Positions 1 through 10,204 of a stretch of 32,000 nucleotides of DNA are shown in pieces. The position numbers and the translations under genes are program-made. Position 1 is the stretch's first letter. The number at the start of each line of letters is the position of its first letter. The stretch comes from Candidatus Nanosynbacter lyticus. Its GTDB lineage: Bacteria; Patescibacteriota; Saccharimonadia; Saccharimonadales; Saccharimonadaceae. The notes beneath the pieces were generated by a model that searched no databases, had not been told where the DNA came from, and worked only from the letters and a program-made list of their open reading frames with translations. Location of the stretch: positions 673,139 to 705,138 of the forward strand of contig NZ_CP007496.1 in the NCBI RefSeq assembly GCF_000803625.1, in the 5' to 3' direction.

Positions 1-11
1 AGGGGGAGAAA

Positions 12-1640
12 ATGTTAATAAAAAAACGTTTTTCAAATAAAAAAGTAAAGGCATTGGCTGGAATAATGACCGCATGTCTAATTTTCGGCGGAACATTATT
101 TGCGTTACCAATACAAAATGCTAGAGGTAATGATGATTCATATCCACCCAACGATGACAATTACGAAAAGGTTTGGTGGGACGAATTTAATGACACGTCT
201 TTAAATAGAGAAAAATGGGATTATTACGTCGGCGGCTGGAACGCCAGTGAAGTTCAAAACTGCTATAAAGATTCACCCGAGAACGTTAATGTTAGTGGTG
301 GCAGCTTAAACCTGGTCGGCCTTTATAAGCCAGGTCTGACATGTAACCAAGGAAGGAACGGTGACTTTACCTCTGGATTTGTGCATACAAAAGATAAAAA
401 AGCTTGGACTTATGGCTATTTTGAAGCTCGCATAAAAATGCCAACAAATAAAAGTACTTGGCCTGCATTCTGGATGAGCCCTCAGGAAGCTAAATACGGT
501 GGCTGGCCTAAGAGTGGAGAAATCGATATCGTAGAGACAAAGGGCTCTAACTTAAATTATGCCGCTTCTGATGCTCACTGGGGAATTTCAGCAGTGAATA
601 AAAGCCACAGTCAGCGCGTAATTGGAACAGATAAATTTAGCGATACTAGCCAGTGGCATACATACGGCGTTAAGTGGACCGAAGGCAAGCTTGAATTTTA
701 TATTGACGGTAATAGATACCATGAAATTAAAAACTTTAGCCAGCCGAACTCTACTAATCACCCTGGACCCTTCAATATCCCATTTTACCTACGACTTAAC
801 CTAGCGATTGGCGGTAGCTACATTGACGCTCCATGGAAAGATGCCCATAATTCTATAGCCGACTTCCCAGCTACTATGTCAATCGACTATGTCCGTGTTT
901 ATCAGAGAAAACCGCGACAGCCTAAAAACGTCAATGTGCCAGATAGCAATTTGCGTACCCTGCTTAACCAAAAATTAGCAGCACAACTTGGGACTACTCG
1001 CACCAATGATCAAGTCATTACCGACGTAGAGCTAGAAAGCTTAACAAATCTTAACTTGGATGCAGCACCAAATGCACCACTTGATCAGCGAATTAACAAT
1101 CTTACCGGCCTAGAGGCAACTAAAAACCTCACAGCCCTGTCCCTTCAGAATAATGCAATTAGCGACCTAAGACCGCTTGCCGGACTAGCATCCTTAACTT
1201 CGCTAAATCTTAATGATCAATTAATCGCTTCAAGCACTAATACCGACTCATTTGCTTCACCTCTAAGGGATCCTGCAGGAAATACTGTCGATATAAATAA
1301 TTCAGCAGAAGTAGCTAACGATGCAGCAAACCCTGGAAAGATTAAACTACTCTCACCAATCCGTGACGGCAATCCTCATCTTATTGTCGCTAATTGGTCG
1401 AGGAACGTAACTATTGGGACAGCTTCAGCCGTCTTTAGTGGCAAACTTAATGTAACCGCCACCTTGCAAGCAGCGCCAACACCACAGCCACAGCCTAACC
1501 CTAGTACGCCAAGTAATACTCAGAAACCAGGAAAAACTCAAAGCTCTAATAATTCACTAGCAAGCACAGGATTTAATATTCTCCTGGGAGTCGTAACTGC
1601 CCTACTGATTGGTATAGCAGGCATGTTTATCCTACGATAA
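12..1640 (+). CDS. Secreted GH16-family glycoside hydrolase (beta-glucanase/laminarinase-like) with C-terminal LRR-like repeats and an LASTG-type cell-wall anchor-like tail
   Basis: ORF of 542 aa with SD-like GGGGGAG upstream of ATG; N-terminal signal-like hydrophobic segment; GH16 catalytic motif GEIDIVETKG and surrounding FxARIKMP...WPAFWM; LRR-like LTGLEATKNLTALSLQNNAISDLRPLAGLASLTSLNL; C-terminal LASTG followed by a hydrophobic helix and terminal Arg. Confidence 0.85.
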   Translation: MLIKKRFSNKKVKALAGIMTACLIFGGTLFALPIQNARGNDDSYPPNDDNYEKVWWDEFNDTSLNREKWDYYVGGWNASEVQNCYKDSPENVNVSGGSLNLVGLYKPGLTCNQGRNGDFTSGFVHTKDKKAWTYGYFEARIKMPTNKSTWPAFWMSPQEAKYGGWPKSGEIDIVETKGSNLNYAASDAHWGISAVNKSHSQRVIGTDKFSDTSQWHTYGVKWTEGKLEFYIDGNRYHEIKNFSQPNSTNHPGPFNIPFYLRLNLAIGGSYIDAPWKDAHNSIADFPATMSIDYVRVYQRKPRQPKNVNVPDSNLRTLLNQKLAAQLGTTRTNDQVITDVELESLTNLNLDAAPNAPLDQRINNLTGLEATKNLTALSLQNNAISDLRPLAGLASLTSLNLNDQLIASSTNTDSFASPLRDPAGNTVDINNSAEVANDAANPGKIKLLSPIRDGNPHLIVANWSRNVTIGTASAVFSGKLNVTATLQAAPTPQPQPNPSTPSNTQKPGKTQSSNNSLASTGFNILLGVVTALLIGIAGMFILR

Positions 1641-1651
1641 TCATATAAACT

Positions 1652-1689
1652 AGAAGATGTCATCACTTATGGTATGACATCTTCTTTTT
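1652..1689 (+). terminator. Rho-independent terminator downstream of the GH16 gene
   Basis: AGAAGATGTCAT (1652-1663) pairs perfectly with ATGACATCTTCT (1674-1685), followed by a T run. Confidence 0.8.
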
Positions 1690-1721
1690 GTATATTTACT
1701 GTCCAGCTAAGATAGGTAAAG

Positions 1722-1744
1722 AAAAAACACCTCCGCAGAAGTGT
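1722..1744 (-). terminator. Terminator for the minus-strand tRNA-Asn
   Basis: Minus strand ACACTTC-TGCG-GAGGTGT (7-bp stem with one T-G wobble) followed by a T run. Confidence 0.65.
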
Positions 1745-1751
1745 CTTTTCT

Positions 1752-1826
1752 TGGCTCCGGCAGCTGGGCTCGAACCAGCGACCTATTGGTTAACAGCCAA
1801 CCGCTCTACCACTGAGCTATGCCGGA
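1752..1826 (-). tRNA. tRNA-Asn (anticodon GTT), CCA encoded
   Basis: Reverse complement TCCGGCATAGCTCAGTGGTAGAGCGGTTGGCTGTTAACCAATAGGTCGCTGGTTCGAGCCCAGCTGCCGGAGCCA folds as a cloverleaf: acceptor TCCGGCA/TGCCGGA, anticodon loop CTGTTAA, T loop TTCGAGC. Confidence 0.95.
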
Positions 1827-1837
1827 ATACGAATCTT

Positions 1838-1866
1838 ATTATAGCGAGTTTTTAAACAGTTGTAAA
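1838..1866 (-). promoter_or_regulatory. Sigma70-like promoter for tRNA-Asn
   Basis: Minus strand TTTACA - 17 bp - TATAAT (-35 at 1861-1866, -10 at 1838-1843) just upstream of the tRNA. Confidence 0.7.
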
Positions 1867-1867
1867 G

Positions 1868-2200
1868 TTACTGACGAACAATTTCTAGTGCTTTTTTCAA
1901 AATTTCTACTTCTTTGCGTGATTTTTCATCATCTTTTTCTTCTCTTTTCTTGATCTCTCTAGTCAAATTATTCCACCAAACCTCTTTTTCAGCACTACAC
2001 ACAGCCAAAGACCTTACTTCGCCGTCGCGCTTATCCAGTAATCCTGCCGACACCAAATTATCAACATGTTTAGCTACAGTTGAAACCGATTTATATCCGA
2101 GTGCACGCATAATTTCCCGCAGTGTCGGACTGTAGCCGTTACCCTTAATAAAACCATCGATGAAATCCAGCATCATTTTCTGTTTTTTCGTCAACTTCAT
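1868..2200 (-). CDS. LexA N-terminal-type winged-helix DNA-binding protein without peptidase domain
   Basis: KLTKKQKMMLDFIDGFIKGNGYSPTLREIMRALGYKSVSTVAKHVDNLVSAGLLDK resembles the LexA DNA-binding domain; the protein then ends in a charged helix with no S24 peptidase. ATG chosen at 2200 rather than the track start at 2215. Confidence 0.75.
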   Translation of the reverse strand: MKLTKKQKMMLDFIDGFIKGNGYSPTLREIMRALGYKSVSTVAKHVDNLVSAGLLDKRDGEVRSLAVCSAEKEVWWNNLTREIKKREEKDDEKSRKEVEILKKALEIVRQ

Positions 2201-2205
2201 ATCTA

Positions 2206-2229
2206 AAGTATACACTATGCGCTATACTT
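2206..2229. promoter_or_regulatory. Divergent back-to-back promoters embedded in an inverted repeat
   Basis: AAGTATA (2206-2212) and TATACTT (2223-2229) are inverted arms. Each contains a TATACT -10 exactly 6 nt from the respective ATG (minus 2200, plus 2235). Confidence 0.6.
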
Positions 2230-2234
2230 ACAGT

Positions 2235-3650
2235 ATGTCAAAAAACCTCATCAATGATATTCAATTTTGGCTCCTCGTAACGGTTATTTTCGGTGGTGCA
2301 TTTGCCTTGCATCCCAGCCTCAACTTAGCAATCCTTGATTTTCCTTCATTACGATTAGGTCTATATCAGTTAGTTGCAGTCAGCCTAGTACTATCCACGA
2401 TACCGATATTATTTAAGAAACGGCAAACCTTCCTTAAAAATCGTTACCTAATTGGCGGGTTTTTAGCAATTTTTCTAGCCATGGCTATAGGCGTCTTTTT
2501 TGCCGAAGCGCATCTTCGCACTGCGCTTTATTCATTGTCGCTCTTATTTTTATTAGTTGTAGGCTTGTCGGCTGGCGTGGTTTATACAGAATTGTCAAAG
2601 ACCAAAAAACACAGATTAGTCAAGTTTGGTTTATGGAGCGGTCTGGTTTTCGGAATCTTAGCAATTATCCAGCTCGTCGTTGCCACCTTCGAACCAACTG
2701 GCTTTGGCACGCTTTGTTCTGGCTGTAAAGCTGACGTTTTTGGTTTTCCGCGCATCAATCTATTCGCCGCTGAACCACAGTTTTTAGCCAATGCCCTGCT
2801 ACCCGCCTTTTTCTTAGCCCTCTTCCAACCAAAATCCCGCCTCACTCAACTCAGTTTATTTTTCACTGCCACAGCCATAGCCTTAACCTTTTCTCGCGGC
2901 GGATTTTTAGCAATTTTTCTAGCCATTATAATTTTCATCGCTATCGCCTCAATCAAGCGCCTCAATATTTCTTTCCTCTATAAAAACCTTCCTCTGATTA
3001 TTATCGGCACGTTTTTCGGATTTACTTTACTATTTCTGTCTGCCAATATTCGCTATAGCAGTTCGCCGTTTATAGCACATAACACGCTTGTTAGTATGAT
3101 TGACCAATTATCCCTCGGCCGAATTAAAATACCGCAAAAAACTGTCATTAAAACCCAGCCAGCACCATCTTCTCAACAGAAGACCTCAGATATAAAATCC
3201 ACCCCGACAAAACAGGACTTCCAGCCTACCGGATTCGTTGAAGCTTCAGCTAACGATCGTCTTAGCGCCAGCGACCTAGCCCTTAAGTCCTGGCTGAGTT
3301 CGCCTCGTACGTTATTCTTTGGCGTCGGCCTCGGTAATCTCGGCAGCTTCATCCAAAAGCACCTCCACATTAGCGTACCGACCGACCAAACCGTCTACAT
3401 TTTCTACGTTTTACTACTTAGCGGACTCGGCATCATTGGCTTATTGCCGCTCATCCTACCATCTCTTACAATTATCTTCTTTGCTATAAAAAATATCTGC
3501 CACCCTAAAGCGCAGCTTATCTTTTCATTAACCACTGCACTACTTATCCATTTCTGGTTTTTTGGCAGTTTTATTAACACAATTCATTGTTTTGCTATAA
3601 TTGGTATATTTTTGTATAATTACCCCAGAGATTATGCGGAAAAAGTCTGA
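2235..3650 (+). CDS. O-antigen ligase/polymerase-like (Wzy/WaaL-type) multi-pass membrane protein
   Basis: Multi-TM protein with a large external loop and the GFPRINLFAAEPQFLANALLPAFF motif region typical of O-antigen ligase-like proteins; ATG at 2235 in frame within the track ORF 2160..3650. Confidence 0.7.
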   Translation: MSKNLINDIQFWLLVTVIFGGAFALHPSLNLAILDFPSLRLGLYQLVAVSLVLSTIPILFKKRQTFLKNRYLIGGFLAIFLAMAIGVFFAEAHLRTALYSLSLLFLLVVGLSAGVVYTELSKTKKHRLVKFGLWSGLVFGILAIIQLVVATFEPTGFGTLCSGCKADVFGFPRINLFAAEPQFLANALLPAFFLALFQPKSRLTQLSLFFTATAIALTFSRGGFLAIFLAIIIFIAIASIKRLNISFLYKNLPLIIIGTFFGFTLLFLSANIRYSSSPFIAHNTLVSMIDQLSLGRIKIPQKTVIKTQPAPSSQQKTSDIKSTPTKQDFQPTGFVEASANDRLSASDLALKSWLSSPRTLFFGVGLGNLGSFIQKHLHISVPTDQTVYIFYVLLLSGLGIIGLLPLILPSLTIIFFAIKNICHPKAQLIFSLTTALLIHFWFFGSFINTIHCFAIIGIFLYNYPRDYAEKV

Positions 3651-5055
3651 TTTTTACTTCAAAGTTGTTCTGGTCGTTCTTGATATCTTGGCTTTATTGA
3701 GCGCCTTTACTATTGCCTATATTTTACGCATATCCTTAGATCCTAGACCGTTCCACGTCAGTATCAATGCTTTAGATTTCATTACGTCTATCGCTATGAC
3801 CTTACCGCTATGGATTATAATGTTCTATTTCTTCGGACTTTACGACCGCGAAAGCTACACCCATCCTTTACGCCAATTTGGACGAATTCTTCTGGCATCA
3901 GTTACCGGAATTATGATTATGATTTCAGTAACTTTTTTCACCAACACGCCGCTGTTTCCAGCCAAGCTTGTCGCTGTCTATGCTACCGTGATTGGCTTTG
4001 CTCTATTGATGGTTTTTCGTAGCACCGCCAATATCATTCGTTTACGGTTATTAAAACGTGGATTGGGTGCACGTCGAGTCGTAATAGTCGGCAATTGCGA
4101 CTTAACTCATGTTTTAGCCGATTTTATTGAGAATAATCCACTAACTGGCTTTAGGGTCAGCGGAATTGTAGCACGAGCTGAGTTTATACCGATTGAGCTG
4201 AAAAGTCTCAGACGCTCATCATTAGAATCAGCACTAACCAGAGATAAAATTGACGTTATTATCCAAACTGATTCAAAAAATGTTAATAACAATTACCAGC
4301 TCGCCCAGAAACATTATTTAGATTTTTATCAAGCACCAGAATTTGACGGAATTATGACCACTAAGCACACGATTGACATCATTGATTCCGTGCCGCTAAT
4401 TCACGCCCACCCAACACCGCTGATGGGCTATGGCCAGATTGTGAAACGAGTTATGGATATTGTCGGCGGAACAATTGGTATTATTTTAGCCTCGCCGATA
4501 ATGCTTTTGGTAGCAATTGCCGTGAAAATTAGCGATCCAGCCGGCCCAATCCTGATGCACGGCAAACAACAAAAGCGTCTCACTCGTTACAACCGGCCGT
4601 TCAAAGTTTACAAATTCCGCTCGCATTATGCCAAATTTGACGGTAAGACTGACGAAGAAGTATTCCAAATGGTCGGCAAACCGGAGCTGATTGAAGAATA
4701 TCGTAAAAACGGCGATAAACTTGATCAAGATTTTCGCGTTACGCCAGTCGGCCGTTTTATCCGCCGGTTTAGTCTGGATGAATTGCCGCAGTTGTTTAAT
4801 GTCCTAAAGGGTGACATCAGCCTAGTTGGACCGCGTGCTTTAGTACCGCATGAACTCAGCGCATACGATAAAAAACATGTTTTACTGGCGGTAAAATCCG
4901 GATTGACTGGGCTGGCGGTAGTCTCTGGCAGGCGCAGTATTAGCTTTGAGGAACGGCGGCGAATTGATCTATACTACGTACAGAACTGGAGTTTATGGTT
5001 GGATATTACTATTCTATTAAAAACCTGCTTGGTTATTTTCCAAAAGGATAATTGA
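3634..5055 (+). CDS. Polyprenyl-phosphate sugar phosphotransferase (WbaP/WcaJ family) initiating glycan assembly
   Basis: N-terminal TM helices, nucleotide-binding-like GARRVVIVGN, C-terminal VMDIVGGTIGIILASPIMLLVAIAVKISDPAGPILMHGKQQKR...RRFSLDELPQLFNVLKGDISLVGPRALVPHEL. Start chosen at ATG 3634. Confidence 0.9.
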   Translation: MRKKSDFYFKVVLVVLDILALLSAFTIAYILRISLDPRPFHVSINALDFITSIAMTLPLWIIMFYFFGLYDRESYTHPLRQFGRILLASVTGIMIMISVTFFTNTPLFPAKLVAVYATVIGFALLMVFRSTANIIRLRLLKRGLGARRVVIVGNCDLTHVLADFIENNPLTGFRVSGIVARAEFIPIELKSLRRSSLESALTRDKIDVIIQTDSKNVNNNYQLAQKHYLDFYQAPEFDGIMTTKHTIDIIDSVPLIHAHPTPLMGYGQIVKRVMDIVGGTIGIILASPIMLLVAIAVKISDPAGPILMHGKQQKRLTRYNRPFKVYKFRSHYAKFDGKTDEEVFQMVGKPELIEEYRKNGDKLDQDFRVTPVGRFIRRFSLDELPQLFNVLKGDISLVGPRALVPHELSAYDKKHVLLAVKSGLTGLAVVSGRRSISFEERRRIDLYYVQNWSLWLDITILLKTCLVIFQKDN

Positions 5056-6197
5056 TGAGCAAGCCAAAGATTGCCATAGTTCACGACTGGCTGTATGGCG
5101 GCGGCGCGGAAAAAGTCGTCTTAGAAATCCACAAATTATACCCAGAGGCACCAATTTATACTTCTTTTTGCAGCGATGAATGGCGACAAAAACTAGATAA
5201 TAAAGTCATTACTGGCTATTTGCAGCGCTGGCCATTTTCAAAACTCCGTCGCTTTTTGCCGCTCTTGAGGCAATGGTGGTTTGCGCGGCTCGACCTTAGT
5301 CAATATGACATTATCCTCTCTAGCTCGGGCAACGGCGAAGCTAAATTTGTCCGTAAGTCCCGCCCCGAACAACTGCATATTTGCTATTGCCACACGCCAA
5401 CGCACTTTTATTGGCGGCACTATGATGAATATATTAAGCGCCCCAGTTTTCGTCCGCGCTGGCTAGCCAGATTAGGCTTAAAAACTTTGGTTCGTCCGCT
5501 GAAAAAACGCGATTTTATTGCTGCCCAGCAAGTTGATATTTTCATTGCCAATTCCACCGGCATCCAAGCTGATATCACAGAATTTTACCAGAAAAAAAGC
5601 ACTATTATTTTTCCGCCCATTGACCTATCGAATTTCTCGCCGCTATCTAAAACTCGTCAGAAAAAAATCATTCCTAAAAAGCCGCGTTGCCTGATTTGGG
5701 GACGAATTGTGCCGATGAAGCGACTTGATGTAGCTATCAACGCCTGTCAAAAACTTGGTTGGAAACTAGATATTATAGGTAAGGGTCCCGACATGGACCG
5801 TCTAAAAAAACTGGCCGGCCCACATACAAATTTCTTAGGATTTGTTGATGATGCAACGCGGGAAAAGTACATAAAAGAAGCCGATTTATTTATTTTTTGT
5901 TCACACGAAGACTTTGGTATCGCGCCAGTTGAGGCTTTAGCGGCAGGAATTCCGGTAATCGCTTACCAAGCAGGCGGCGCACTTGATTATATTAAACCAG
6001 AAAAAAACGGCTGGTTTTTCTCAGAACAAACGGCCGAACAATTGGTAAAAACTTTGAAAGAGTTGCCAGGCAAAAAAATTTCGCCAGCAAAAATTTCTGC
6101 TACTGCCAATGAATTCTCAGCCGCCATTTTCCGCAAATCAATGAAAAATATAGTTGAAAAATCATGGAAGGAGTATTCTCATGAAAATCGCCATTGA
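5055..6197 (+). CDS. GT4-family glycosyltransferase
   Basis: KIAIVHDWLYGGGAEKVVLEIHKLYP N-terminus; C-terminal GRIVPMKRLDVAI...SHEDFGIAPVEALAAGIPVIAYQAGG; ATG overlaps the upstream stop (TGATG). Confidence 0.85.
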   Translation: MSKPKIAIVHDWLYGGGAEKVVLEIHKLYPEAPIYTSFCSDEWRQKLDNKVITGYLQRWPFSKLRRFLPLLRQWWFARLDLSQYDIILSSSGNGEAKFVRKSRPEQLHICYCHTPTHFYWRHYDEYIKRPSFRPRWLARLGLKTLVRPLKKRDFIAAQQVDIFIANSTGIQADITEFYQKKSTIIFPPIDLSNFSPLSKTRQKKIIPKKPRCLIWGRIVPMKRLDVAINACQKLGWKLDIIGKGPDMDRLKKLAGPHTNFLGFVDDATREKYIKEADLFIFCSHEDFGIAPVEALAAGIPVIAYQAGGALDYIKPEKNGWFFSEQTAEQLVKTLKELPGKKISPAKISATANEFSAAIFRKSMKNIVEKSWKEYSHENRH

Positions 6198-7284
6198 CGC
6201 TCGCACATTACGAACAAGTACTGGACGCTACATTGAACGGCTGATTCATTATCTACAAAAGATTGATAAGAAAAATGACTATATTATTCTACTAAAGCCA
6301 AAGGATTTCGATAGCTGGCAGCCAACTAATCCGCGTTTTCAAAAAGTAGCTTGCCCTTATAAAGAATATACTTTTGCTGAACAAATTGATTTTAAAAAAC
6401 AATTGGAGGGGCTGAATCTAGACCTGGTGCATTTTGCAATGGTTCAGCAGCCGGTTTGGTATCATGCTAGTCCAGTCGTCACCACCATGCAAGACCTAAC
6501 CACTGTTCGGTTTAGAAATCCTGATAAAAATCCCGTTATATTCTGGATAAAGCAACAAATTTACAAATGGGTCAATAAAAAAGTCGCTCGAAAATCCGCT
6601 CATATTATCACTATTTCCGATTTCGTGAAAAATGATTTGGTTGGATTTACTGGTATTAGTCCAGATAAAATTACAGTGACACTGGAGTCGGCTGACGAAC
6701 TACCAAAGGGTAACGAGCCTGTTAAAGATCTGATTGGCAAGAAATTTATTATGTATATCGGTAGGCCAACACCGCATAAAAATTTACGGCGGCTGATTGA
6801 TGCTTTTGCATTATTGCAAAAAAAATATCCAGAGTTGACTTTAGCTTTAGCTGGCAAAAAAGACAGTAATTATGCTCGCCACGAAGCATATGTCAATAAG
6901 CATGGAATTAAAAATGTCGTATTCACTGACTTTATATCAGATGAACAATTGCGCTGGATGTATGAAAATACGGCTGTTTATTGTTTCCCCTCACTTAGCG
7001 AAGGATTTGGCTTGCCAGGTCTTGAGGCAATGCTACACGGCGCGCCAGTTGCTTCAAGCACCACTACTTGCCTGCCAGAAACTCACGGCGATGCCGCTCA
7101 CTATTTTGATCCGTATGATGTCGAGGATATAGCGCGAGCTATTGATGAAATTTTGTCTGACGAAAAGCTACGTCGAGAATTGATTAAAAAAGGCAAACAG
7201 CACGTCAAAACTTTCTCCTGGCAGCGGATGGCCGAGCAGACGCTAGCGGTTTATGAACAATACGGTAGCCAGAATAAAAACTAG
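6181..7284 (+). CDS. GT4-family glycosyltransferase
   Basis: Start ATG 6181 with SD GGAG; IMYIGRPTPHKNLRRLIDAFALL and CFPSLSEGFGLPGLEAMLHGAPVASS motifs. Confidence 0.85.
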   Translation: MKIAIDARTLRTSTGRYIERLIHYLQKIDKKNDYIILLKPKDFDSWQPTNPRFQKVACPYKEYTFAEQIDFKKQLEGLNLDLVHFAMVQQPVWYHASPVVTTMQDLTTVRFRNPDKNPVIFWIKQQIYKWVNKKVARKSAHIITISDFVKNDLVGFTGISPDKITVTLESADELPKGNEPVKDLIGKKFIMYIGRPTPHKNLRRLIDAFALLQKKYPELTLALAGKKDSNYARHEAYVNKHGIKNVVFTDFISDEQLRWMYENTAVYCFPSLSEGFGLPGLEAMLHGAPVASSTTTCLPETHGDAAHYFDPYDVEDIARAIDEILSDEKLRRELIKKGKQHVKTFSWQRMAEQTLAVYEQYGSQNKN

Positions 7285-7718
7285 CTTTCTTGACCAGTAG
7301 CCTGATTAATACGCGTAGACGAATCTGCTTTATTTGTACCGCCAACTCCATATACCATTTCGATGTTGTATTTTTCACAAACATTACGCTCTGGTACAAC
7401 CTCTGGCGCCGATCGATCGCCGCCATTAGCAAATACCAATTGACAACCTGGATACTGTCGCGCAATCATTTCCAGCGTCTCCGTTACTGGCGGCTCTTCG
7501 TCAATAGACAACATTACTTGATCAACACCTTTTAATGCTCGCATTAATCGAAGCCGATTTTCCTCATTGAGAATGATTTTTCCTTTTTTAAGCAATTGCT
7601 GTTTGTCGTTATTAACAACCACAATCAAATAATCACCCATTTTTGCCGCTGCTTCAATCATGCCTAAATGTCCACCGTGCAATGGATTAAAATAGCCACT
7701 AACAATTACAACCTTCAT
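7281..7718 (-). CDS. Cytidylyl/adenylyltransferase-like nucleotidyltransferase (RfaE C-domain/TagD-type fold)
   Basis: GYFNPLHGGHLGMIEAAAKMGDYLIVVVNND carries the HxGH motif; SD GAGGAGG upstream of the start. Confidence 0.75.
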   Translation of the reverse strand: MKVVIVSGYFNPLHGGHLGMIEAAAKMGDYLIVVVNNDKQQLLKKGKIILNEENRLRLMRALKGVDQVMLSIDEEPPVTETLEMIARQYPGCQLVFANGGDRSAPEVVPERNVCEKYNIEMVYGVGGTNKADSSTRINQATGQES

Positions 7719-7752
7719 ATTTCCTCCTCTGTAACTTCTATATTATACCTGA

Positions 7753-8778
<1,026 letters not shown>

Positions 8779-8780
8779 TT

Positions 8781-9347
8781 ATGTTTGATCCAAACGACTA
8801 CAACGAACTAACCGTCACCGAATCACCCATCCCTGGTCTATTCGTCGTCAAATTACCAGTCCATGGCGATAATCGCGGCTGGTTCAAAGAAAACTACCAA
8901 AAAGAAAAAATGGAAGCACTGGGACTACCGTCGTTTACCATCGTGCAAAACAACATCAGCTTCAATGATAAAGCTGGCGCCACTCGGGGCTTACACGCCG
9001 AGCCATGGAACAAATTCATCTCCACCGCCAACGGTCGGGTGTTCGGCTCGTGGTGCGATTTGCGTAAAGGCGACAGCTTTGGCCGAGTTTTCACGCACGA
9101 AATTAACCCCGGCACAGCAATTTTCGTACCAAAAGGCGTTGCCAATGGCTATCAAGCGCTTGACGACAACATTGCCTACACTTACCTGGTTGACGCGCAC
9201 TGGTCGCCAGCCGCCAAATACACCTTTGTCAATCTGTTTGATCCGGCACTCGGTATTGACTGGCCGATCAGCCAGGATCAAGCGATTATTTCTGAAAAGG
9301 ACGCCGCTCACCCGCTACTTACAAACGTAATCCCAATGGAGGTTTAA
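8781..9347 (+). CDS. rmlC: dTDP-4-dehydrorhamnose 3,5-epimerase-like protein
   Basis: RGWFKENYQKEKM, QNNISFNDKAGATRGLHAEPWNKF, VPKGVANGYQALDDNIAYTYLVD; gene context between rmlB and rmlD. Start ATG 8781. Confidence 0.88.
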   Translation: MFDPNDYNELTVTESPIPGLFVVKLPVHGDNRGWFKENYQKEKMEALGLPSFTIVQNNISFNDKAGATRGLHAEPWNKFISTANGRVFGSWCDLRKGDSFGRVFTHEINPGTAIFVPKGVANGYQALDDNIAYTYLVDAHWSPAAKYTFVNLFDPALGIDWPISQDQAIISEKDAAHPLLTNVIPMEV

Positions 9348-9348
9348 T

Positions 9349-10194
9349 ATGAATTCAAATAACATTTTTATCGTCGGAGCAAATGGTCAACTAGGGCGGG
9401 CACTTCGTCAACAATATCCAGAAGCACAGTTCGCCGACATAGACGAGATGGATATTACTGACCGCCAATCAGTTGAGTCATTTGATTGGTCAGGAATATC
9501 AATCGTTTTAAACGCAGCAGCCTTTACTAATGTTGACGGCGCAGAAACACCAGAAGGTCGCGTTGCAGCCTGGAAGGTTAACGCCTCAGCGGTTGCCAAC
9601 CTAACCCGAGTTTGTCGCTCTCACAATATGACTTTAGTACATATTTCCAGCGATTACGTATTTGACGGGACAAAAGAACCACATTATGAAAGCGAAGACT
9701 TTAGTCCGCTGAGTGTTTATGGTGCATCAAAGGCTGCTGGAGATTTGTTGGTTGAACAACTCGATAATTTTTACCTACTGCGTACTACTTGGGTGATTGG
9801 TGAAGGTAAAAATTTCGTCCGCACCATGCTGGGATTGGCGGAGAAAAATATTTCACCAACTGTTGTTCATGACCAAATTGGCCGGCTAACCTTTACTAAT
9901 GAATTGGTGAGAATTATTGACCACCTGCTGTCAACTAAGGCACCGTTTGGCACATACAACGCCACCAACGATGGCCCGTTGGAAAGCTGGGCTGACATTA
10001 CCAGGCGAATATTTAAGCTGGCTGGGCGCAATGACCTGACTGTTACCAACACGACGACGGCTGAATATTTTGCTGGCAAAGATGGGATTGCACCACGTCC
10101 ATTAGGCAGCAACATGAGCCTTGACAAGTTACATTCAACTGGATTTACTAGCTGTGATTGGACGCATGACTTAAAAGATTATATACTGAGCTAA
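9349..10194 (+). CDS. rmlD: dTDP-4-dehydrorhamnose reductase
   Basis: [46 protein letters not shown]; SD GGAGG upstream; operon context. Confidence 0.93.
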   Translation: MNSNNIFIVGANGQLGRALRQQYPEAQFADIDEMDITDRQSVESFDWSGISIVLNAAAFTNVDGAETPEGRVAAWKVNASAVANLTRVCRSHNMTLVHISSDYVFDGTKEPHYESEDFSPLSVYGASKAAGDLLVEQLDNFYLLRTTWVIGEGKNFVRTMLGLAEKNISPTVVHDQIGRLTFTNELVRIIDHLLSTKAPFGTYNATNDGPLESWADITRRIFKLAGRNDLTVTNTTTAEYFAGKDGIAPRPLGSNMSLDKLHSTGFTSCDWTHDLKDYILS

Positions 10195-10204
10195 AAGGAG
10201 TTTT

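Noticed and set aside
2160-2234. Upstream extension of the Wzy-like ORF (MKSSIIFCFFVNFISKVYTMRYTYS)
   Set aside because: Would overlap the divergent HTH gene and its promoter; ATG at 2235 is exactly 6 nt after a TATACT box.
2582-2845. 87-aa minus-strand ORF inside the Wzy-like gene
   Set aside because: Antisense shadow ORF with no SD or family features.
8863-9330. 155-aa plus-strand and 106-aa minus-strand (8991..9311) ORFs inside rmlC
   Set aside because: Out of frame or antisense to rmlC, whose motifs are clear; low-complexity Thr/Arg/Lys-rich translations.
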